Below, piece after piece: positions 7,983-14,219 of a stretch of 14,219 nt of DNA. The DNA is from Methanobacterium sp. (lineage in GTDB: Archaea; Methanobacteriota; Methanobacteria; Methanobacteriales; Methanobacteriaceae): contig PMWA01000015.1 in NCBI GenBank assembly GCA_003166335.1, positions 1 to 14,219 of the forward strand. The letters run 5' to 3'. Position 1 is the first letter of the stretch. The number at the start of each line of letters is the position of its first letter. The position numbers and the translations under genes were made by a program. The notes beneath the pieces were generated by a model. The model did no database searches, was not told where the DNA came from, and saw only the letters and a list, made by a program, of their open reading frames with translations.

Positions 7983-9998
7983 ATGATTACATCTAATTAT
8001 AGTAAAAGATTAGGTTTCCTGATATTTGGCCTGGCTTTTACTTTGGTGATGTGTGGTGCTGCATTTGCAGCCCCAACGAATTCTACGCACGTTAATTTGA
8101 ATCAGAGCGTAAACCATACAACAAACCAATTAAATACAACTACAAACACAAAATTACCGGATCCGCAGGTTTATAATGGTCACACATATGAAGGTACTTA
8201 CAATACAATCGCTGATGCTATTAATGCTGCAAAAAGCGGGGACACCATATGGCTTGCAAGTGGTACAACTTTTGATGAACACGGCTTAACCGTTAGTAAA
8301 AATTTGGATTTCAATGTATTTAACAATGGCACAGCTACTATAAACGCCCAAGGTAAAGGGCAAGTATTCTTCATAGTGGGTAGTGTAACTGTCGAACTAG
8401 AGAATTTAATATTAGAAAATGGTAAGGCAACTGATGGTGGAGCGATCGGTAATGTTGGTGTTTTGACGGTAAAAGACTGCACTTTCAAAGATAACACTGC
8501 AACTAGTGATGGTGGTGCTATCAGTAATGATGGTGTTTTGACTGTTAATAAAAGCACTTTCACGGGTAACACTGCAACAGGTGCTAATGGTGATGGTGGT
8601 GCTATCTATAATCAACCGATGGGTTTCACTCTGATCGGTAGTACTTTCACAGGTAACAGTGCCAATTATGAGGGTGGTGCTGTCTACAATGATGGTGGTG
8701 CTTTGAATCAACCCGTGAAAATATCAGGCAACACTTTCACCGGTAACAAAGCATTCTACGGTGGTGCTATCTACAATGACTATGATGCTATTATGACTGT
8801 AACCGACAGTAACTTCAAAGATAATACTCATGGTGGAGTAGGTGGTGCTATCTTCAATAATGGAATTACTTTGAATGTAAAGGGCAGCAATTTCACGGGT
8901 AACCAAGCAAATTATGGTGCTGGTGCTATCTACAATAGTGATTTCAGTGCTTTAACTGTAACCAGCAGCAATTTCACCGGTAACACTGCTGGTGGAGGTG
9001 GAGGTGCCATCATGAATAATGGTAACTTAACTTTAAGCAGCAGCACATTAATAAGTAACACTATAACCGGTTCTAATGGTGAGGGTGGCGCTATCTTCAA
9101 TGTAGGTAATGCTGCAGTACATTTCAATCGAATTGTAGATAACTCTGCAAGTCAAGGTAATGATATCTACAATTTCGATAGCGGAAAAATGAATGCAACA
9201 CTTAACTGGTGGGGATACAACAGCCAAATTAACATTGCTAATCAAATAGACAACAAAGGAGTTAGCTTAACCTATAATCCCTGGATTGTATTATCCATAC
9301 AAGCCAATCCAGTTAATGCAATTGTAGGGGGACATCCCATTATAAACGCTGCCCTACTATTTGCTAGTAATAGTGAATATTATCCAGCTACCGGTATAGT
9401 ACCTTACACAGGATCAGCGAATTTTAAAACCACTAAGGGAACTATTAAAAACAGTAATTTCTCTAATGGAGTATCTGGATCTACTTTAACTGATTTGACC
9501 ACAGCTGAAGTGGTTACCGTCTTTACAACAGTGGACCATCAAACCGTATCCAAAAAAGTTTATGTTACTGGTGCAACCATCAGTCAATTGATAAGTTCAG
9601 CGGCGTATGTTAAAAACTACTACGAGTTACATGGTGTTTTACCTTCCCATATAACCATCTTTGGTCAAACTATAACCATGCCTCAATTCCTAACATTACT
9701 GGTTACTGGAACATTAAACATTAAAAATGGTAATTTAAACCCATTACCAGTACTCACAGTTAACCCGGCATCTAATCCATCCGGAAACTTTACTACAGGT
9801 AAAATTTACAAATCAGAGTACTTATCCATTGCTCAGACTATTAAAAACTATATCTCGGCTAATGGAAAAGTACCTAACAATGCCACTACCAGTCTGGGTA
9901 CTATACCCTTCAGTAAACTAGTGTACAGTTACAGTAAAATCATAAACTACTACGGTGTAAACAAAGAATTACCTAACTACGTTAGCGCAGCAACATAA
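7983..9998 (+). CDS. Secreted adhesin-like surface protein: right-handed beta-helix (GGAIxN repeats) with C-terminal pseudomurein-binding-type repeats
   Basis: Signal peptide (KRLGFLIFGLAFTLVMCGAAFA), N/T-rich linker, repeated GGA(I/V)xN...F(T/K)(G/D)N units, NWWG motif, and C-terminal repeats (VKNYYELHGVLPSHITI; IKNYISANGKVPNNAT; IINYYGVNKELPNYV) typical of Methanobacteriales PMBR proteins. GGGGAG SD upstream and T-tract downstream. Confidence 0.88.
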   Translation: MITSNYSKRLGFLIFGLAFTLVMCGAAFAAPTNSTHVNLNQSVNHTTNQLNTTTNTKLPDPQVYNGHTYEGTYNTIADAINAAKSGDTIWLASGTTFDEHGLTVSKNLDFNVFNNGTATINAQGKGQVFFIVGSVTVELENLILENGKATDGGAIGNVGVLTVKDCTFKDNTATSDGGAISNDGVLTVNKSTFTGNTATGANGDGGAIYNQPMGFTLIGSTFTGNSANYEGGAVYNDGGALNQPVKISGNTFTGNKAFYGGAIYNDYDAIMTVTDSNFKDNTHGGVGGAIFNNGITLNVKGSNFTGNQANYGAGAIYNSDFSALTVTSSNFTGNTAGGGGGAIMNNGNLTLSSSTLISNTITGSNGEGGAIFNVGNAAVHFNRIVDNSASQGNDIYNFDSGKMNATLNWWGYNSQINIANQIDNKGVSLTYNPWIVLSIQANPVNAIVGGHPIINAALLFASNSEYYPATGIVPYTGSANFKTTKGTIKNSNFSNGVSGSTLTDLTTAEVVTVFTTVDHQTVSKKVYVTGATISQLISSAAYVKNYYELHGVLPSHITIFGQTITMPQFLTLLVTGTLNIKNGNLNPLPVLTVNPASNPSGNFTTGKIYKSEYLSIAQTIKNYISANGKVPNNATTSLGTIPFSKLVYSYSKIINYYGVNKELPNYVSAAT

Positions 9999-10012
9999 AT
10001 TTTTAATTATCT

Positions 10013-10030
10013 ATTTTTTTATTTTTTTTT
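10013..10030 (+). terminator. Oligo-T terminator after the adhesin-like gene
   Basis: T7-A-T9 tract about 15 nt after the stop codon. Confidence 0.5.
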
Positions 10031-10373
10031 AAGTATCTTAATAAACCTATTTTAGTTTTCTCTGTTTTCATATGTTTTTTAATCAATAATTCTCACATAC
10101 TACTTTATTCAGGATTAAGGTCAGATTTCTCTTCTGCACATCTTAAACTCTGCTTATAGTGTTGTGATTTGTCTTAAAAGTTCTTAATAGATTAATGAAT
10201 TTTGGTGATTATAAATTTTTACGGGGAAGAGTTGAAAGATTTTTTTTTAGTAGAAAATTTAATGAAGAATAAAACTATAAATATAATAGTTGAACATTTA
10301 TTTTTTGGGAATTGAGGTAAAATAGAAATTTAAATTATTAAATTGAAATTTTTTTTGTTGGAGGTTAATTTAA

Positions 10374-10733
10374 ATGAAAGTTAAAAATGCTGTTGTAGCT
10401 GTTGAAGATTTGGATGAGTCTGCTAGTTTTTATACTGACATTTTGGGAATGGATGAGACTAGACGATTCAGTCCTCGGCCTGGTTTGACCATTGCCTTCT
10501 TCCAGGGGGAAGGGGAAGCCACGATTGAACTTATTGAAGGTGAAGAAGATGGTAAGAAAGGCTTATATATGGTGGGTATGGAAGTAGTGGATATGGATGC
10601 TGAATTGGAGGTTTTAAAGTCAAAAGGAGTAGTATTAACTCGTGGACCGTTCGGTGCACCTGGCGGTCCTAGAATTGCCTTTTTGGATGGTCCGGATGGT
10701 GTGGAAATAGAGCTGATTGAACATATAAAATAA
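10374..10733 (+). CDS. VOC (glyoxalase/bleomycin resistance) family protein
   Basis: VEDLDESASFYTDILGM, IELIE and IAFLDGPDGVEIELIE motifs. GGAGG SD upstream. Confidence 0.9.
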   Translation: MKVKNAVVAVEDLDESASFYTDILGMDETRRFSPRPGLTIAFFQGEGEATIELIEGEEDGKKGLYMVGMEVVDMDAELEVLKSKGVVLTRGPFGAPGGPRIAFLDGPDGVEIELIEHIK

Positions 10734-10849
10734 TAATCATGTTCAATTTTTTGCATATTCTACCGATTAAACCCACCGGTAACATATTAATTCCCTGATA
10801 CAATTGTTTAGGAGAAGTAAAGTGTTAAGATTGAAGGGGTGTATTATAA

Positions 10850-11155
10850 GTGGTAAATATGTATTTTTGTGGTGATGTGGATTGGGAATATTTTAAAAAA
10901 GATTCGAGTTATGCGTTGATAAATTATTATAAATATCTTATTGAAGGTAATACTCTTTCTTCTGAGCAACTTGATGAAATCAGACTTCTTATTTCTGATG
11001 TTGTTTCAATTAATGATTTATCAGATGATGAAGTAGTTATTAGGGATTATATTGTTAAGGAATTGAAGAGTTTGATTTATCGGAATTATGAGTTAACAGG
11101 TGAGATTCCAGATTTCGTATCAAAATATCAGAAGAAGGATAAATCTAAAGATTAA
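10850..11155 (+). CDS. Hypothetical protein
   Basis: 101-aa ORF (GTG 10850, or in-frame ATG at 10859) with GGGGTG SD-like sequence upstream and a T-tract after the stop. No motif recognised. Confidence 0.7.
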   Translation: MVNMYFCGDVDWEYFKKDSSYALINYYKYLIEGNTLSSEQLDEIRLLISDVVSINDLSDDEVVIRDYIVKELKSLIYRNYELTGEIPDFVSKYQKKDKSKD

Positions 11156-11271
11156 ATACATTTTTTTTGATTATTCCTTAAAAGAAATTTTTTTGAATAA
11201 CTTAAAATTTATTTAGTAAAAAATTTATTTAATGTAATTCACTTGTGGAATTGTGGGAGGGATTCACAAAA

Positions 11272-11562
11272 ATGATCATAGTAAATGCTACTATTGCTGT
11301 TAAGCCTGGTGAGAGGGATAATATTATTTTGAAAAGTAATGATTTAATTGAATCTACTCGTTTAGAAGCGGGTTGTATTAGTTATAATTTATTTGCTAGC
11401 ACTGAAGATGATGATATTTTAGTGATGTTTGAGCAATGGGATAATTTTGAGGATTTAGAGTCGCATATGCAAACTGAGCGTTTTCAAGCGTATATAGAGG
11501 CTATTGAGGATATGATTGATAAAGATATTGATATAGCGGTTTATTCGGCTGATAAAATATAA
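11272..11562 (+). CDS. ABM-family putative quinol monooxygenase; start revised to ATG 11272
   Basis: MIIVNATIAVKPG...TRLEAGCISYNL...FEQWDNFEDLESHMQT matches the ABM/YgiN pattern. GGGAGG SD at 11255-11260 precedes ATG 11272. Confidence 0.88.
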   Translation: MIIVNATIAVKPGERDNIILKSNDLIESTRLEAGCISYNLFASTEDDDILVMFEQWDNFEDLESHMQTERFQAYIEAIEDMIDKDIDIAVYSADKI

Positions 11563-11638
11563 AAAATCTCAAGTTACTTATTTTCAGAGGGGGGGTTATA
11601 TTTAAAAAAAATTAGAAGAAAAGAATTTTTTTTTTAAT

Positions 11639-12034
11639 TTAATCTTTGGGGCAATTTTTAATTATTTTCAGTTTATATTCTTTAATTTGGATGGGTTTAG
11701 ACCCGGATCTCTGATAATTCAATGTAATCAGGGTTTCTCCAGATTTAAGAGCTTTAAAAGTGAATACTTCATTACCACCTGAACCAATTAGAATAGGAGT
11801 ATTTGGTTGATAAGTTTGTTTAATTAACTTCAAATACTTGGAATTATAATTGGCTTTCCAATTATAACCTGTGGATGGATTGGTGGGTAATACTATAGTG
11901 AATTCCTGACCAACTTTAACATTCTTTATTATAGGCCCAGTAATAGTGGTTGAGGCTGCAAAAGAGCTTCCAACCATTAAACTTAGCATAAGTATGGTCG
12001 TTAATCCAAAAACTGTTGGCTTAAATATCTTCAT
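11639..12034 (-). CDS. Secreted chagasin-family (I42) cysteine peptidase inhibitor; start revised to 12034
   Basis: Signal peptide (MKIFK...SSFA), VKVGQEFTIVL, NPSTGYNW, GSGG and FTFKALKSG. GAGGTG SD at 12050-12045 precedes ATG 12034. Confidence 0.88.
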   Translation of the reverse strand: MKIFKPTVFGLTTILMLSLMVGSSFAASTTITGPIIKNVKVGQEFTIVLPTNPSTGYNWKANYNSKYLKLIKQTYQPNTPILIGSGGNEVFTFKALKSGETLITLNYQRSGSKPIQIKEYKLKIIKNCPKD

Positions 12035-12292
12035 AAAACTATCACACCTCATTCTGAAAAATAATTTTATGAAATCTTTCTATGTTCTATATAATTTAAT
12101 ATTTATAATTTATTACAAAAATTTGAACTTTGACTACATTCTTGAATGACTAATCATAAGTTCATTTGGTGAAAACTAAAAATTTGCAGATATAAGAAAT
12201 TTCTGTGGTTTAAGAATTTTAAAACCCTAATAGGTTATTTTTATGAAATTGCTTTATTTTATTAGTAGTTATAAAAAACCTAGAATGAAAAT

Positions 12293-12420
12293 AAAAAAAG
12301 TTGGGTGCATTATTGTTTTTTTTATTTTTTTTATATTTTTTTTATTATATTTTTTTTTGGAAGGCGTTAAAATTTTATAATTTAAATATATAAATTTAGT
12401 TTCTTAATGCACCCTAAATA
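12293..12420 (-). ncRNA. Putative structured small RNA, copy 2 (unassigned family)
   Basis: 10-bp perfect end-to-end stem (12303-12312/12405-12414). 14/15 identity to copy 1 over 12402-12416 vs 934-948. Central CGCCU motif (plus-strand AGGCG at 12362-12366), TTTATAAG at 12446-12439 and U7 tract at 12299-12293. Ends are estimated. Confidence 0.55.
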
Positions 12421-12438
12421 CTAATAATATAATTATTA

Positions 12439-12449
12439 CTTATAAAGTT
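12439..12449 (-). promoter_or_regulatory. Archaeal TATA promoter for putative sRNA copy 2
   Basis: Minus strand reads AAC-TTTATAAG. The TATA start is 32 nt from the GGGTG arm, against 33 nt in copy 1. Confidence 0.55.
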
Positions 12450-12757
12450 AATTATTAATTTTATAGGATATAAGTAATATTATAAACTGTTTTTTATTAA
12501 ACAGATTTAACTTTAAATCATTACAAGATAAGGGTTCTGTAGAGTTTATAAAACCCAGCAATAAAGGGTTCCTTTTTTTAGAAAAAAAAATATTAGTAAT
12601 AGGAAATTTATTTATAAATCTAGAAATGCAAATTTTTTAGATTGATTCTTTTATATGTAATTTAAAAGAAAAAAATGGTTAGCAAATGATAATTTTTTCT
12701 TTATAAAATAAGTCACATTTCTCTTAAAACATTTTTTTAAAGTAGGAGTGATTATAA

Positions 12758-13432
12758 ATGGAGTGTAAATTAAAGGCAGTAGCGCTTGATGTGGATGGTA
12801 CTATAACTGATGAAACAAGAAGAGTATGTGTTAATGCAGTTAATGCTATTTATCGGGCTGAAAATGGTGGAATTCCCATTATATTTGTAACAGGTAATGT
12901 TCTGTGTGTCGCTAAAGCATTATCTATATTTTTAGGTACTACGGGTGGTTTGGTAGCTGAAAATGGTGGTGTAATTGAATCCGGGATTAGAAATAAGATT
13001 TTGGGTAATGTTAAGGAATGTGAAGATGCTTATGAGTTTCTCAAATCAAAGTTTGATGTTACTAGGAGGGTTTTATCTGATGATAGAGTTTCTGAAGTGG
13101 CTATTGAACGAACAATACCAGTAGAACTTGTTAGGGAAGCGGTTAAGGATTTTAATGTGGTGGTGTATGATTCTAAATTCGCGATTCATTTAACTGATCC
13201 TTTGGTGGATAAAGGATCTTCTTTGGAGATGGTATGTTCTGATTTGGGTTTAAAAACGGATGAGATTTTAGCTATTGGTGATGGTGAGAATGATATAGAA
13301 TTTTTAAGGGTTGCTGGTGTGAAAGTGGCTGTTAATAATGCCGATGAGAACCTTAAGGATATAGCAGATTATATAACTGTCAAGCCTTATGGTGATGGAG
13401 TGGCGGAAGCAATGGAGAGATTCATATTATAA
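12758..13432 (+). CDS. Phosphoglycolate phosphatase, archaeal HAD subfamily IIB (SPP-like/TA0175-type)
   Basis: Motif I DVDGTIT, motif II VTGN, AENGG, VDKG and motif IV IGDGENDIEF. AGGAGTGA SD upstream. Confidence 0.9.
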   Translation: MECKLKAVALDVDGTITDETRRVCVNAVNAIYRAENGGIPIIFVTGNVLCVAKALSIFLGTTGGLVAENGGVIESGIRNKILGNVKECEDAYEFLKSKFDVTRRVLSDDRVSEVAIERTIPVELVREAVKDFNVVVYDSKFAIHLTDPLVDKGSSLEMVCSDLGLKTDEILAIGDGENDIEFLRVAGVKVAVNNADENLKDIADYITVKPYGDGVAEAMERFIL

Positions 13433-14219
13433 ATGAGGAATGATGTAAATTGATTACAAATTTTAATTTAATTTTTTTTGAGAGGATTTCTCTGTTTTAT
13501 AAATAAATTTGGCTATGATGGTTACGTTAGAATGGTTCATAAACGAATTTGAGTTGCATTTGAAGGTAAATTTTAGATATTAATTTTTTTTGATTCAAAA
13601 AATTTTCGAATCTGTCAAGCATAAATAGTTTTTTTTAATTGACTCTTATTACTTGGAGTAAGGATTTTGAGAATGAAATAGCTAATTTAAAATTCACAAA
13701 ATTAGAATCACTGTTATAAAAATATTTATATGAGTAAAGAGGAGAAAATAACGTTATTTGGTTAAAAATTAATATATTTAATAGGGGAGTTGGATAAGAG
13801 AGATTTATCAGAAATTGCACAGAGAAGTTTTTTTATTTTAATGATTAAATATTTAGATTTTTTAAATAAGGAAAATGTGGAATTGTTTTCAAGCAGAAGA
13901 GGAGTGATGAAGAAATTTTATTCATAGATCCCATTGTGGAGGAATGGAAAGGATAAAATTTAATTTAAGAATAGTAAATTAGTAATTATAATTTTAAAAA
14001 TAGTAATATTTATTGTCTAGGAATTTTTAGTTAAAAAAAGTTTAATGTAAAAAAATAATGGTTTTTGTTTTCATGAAAATTTGACTAAAGAACTAAAATT
14101 CTCTTAGTCTATAAATTTCAAGAAAACATTTTTTTTCAGGATATTTAAATTAAAAAAAAGTTTGTTATTTAGAATTTTTTTATTTTATTCTACTACTTCT
14201 GCAAAAGCAAAATTTCTTC

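Noticed and set aside
8430..9100. Recurring GGTGGTGCTATC-like repeats as a possible CRISPR array or DNA repeat
   Set aside because: Short, degenerate at third codon positions and in frame with GGAI protein repeats. No cas genes in the window.
8198..9245. Five antisense ORFs with internal repeats
   Set aside because: Shadows of the repetitive GGAIxN beta-helix coding sequence.
10105..10173. Minus-strand fragment DKSQHYKQSLRCAEEKSDLNPE resembling a TPR remnant
   Set aside because: 22 codons with no start codon. Too short to support without a homology search.
10430..10756. Antisense 108-aa ORF
   Set aside because: Shadow of the VOC gene.
11946..12149. 67-aa plus-strand ORF
   Set aside because: Antisense to the chagasin signal peptide and promoter region. 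No SD or motif.
13635..13820. 61-aa minus-strand ORF
   Set aside because: Composition typical of AT-rich non-coding DNA. No SD or motif.

Overview
A very AT-rich archaeal window, almost certainly from a Methanobacteriales methanogen (Methanobacterium-like). The evidence is a surface protein ending in pseudomurein-binding-type repeats, TTTATATA-type TATA boxes, oligo-T terminators and GGAGG/GAGGTG ribosome-binding sites. Coding content in order: a small acidic/Arg-rich membrane protein; a cellulose-synthase-like processive GT2 glycosyltransferase without a PilZ domain; an unlisted 47-aa membrane peptide; a class I SAM methyltransferase; an acidic hypothetical protein; an unlisted 51-aa membrane peptide; four tandem TetR regulators; a beta-helix adhesin-like protein; a VOC/glyoxalase protein; a hypothetical protein; an ABM monooxygenase; a chagasin (I42) inhibitor; and a HAD phosphoglycolate phosphatase. 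The most striking unexplained signal is a pair of related intergenic elements 11.4 kb apart (about 835-980 and 12293-12447, both minus strand). Each has a TATA box, a shared 15-nt 5' motif (UAGGGUGYAUUAAGA), an end-to-end stem with one compensatory base-pair change, a central CGCCU motif resembling the anti-Shine-Dalgarno sequence, and a U-tract just after the stem. Together they look like a multi-copy structured small-RNA family that I cannot assign to a known class.
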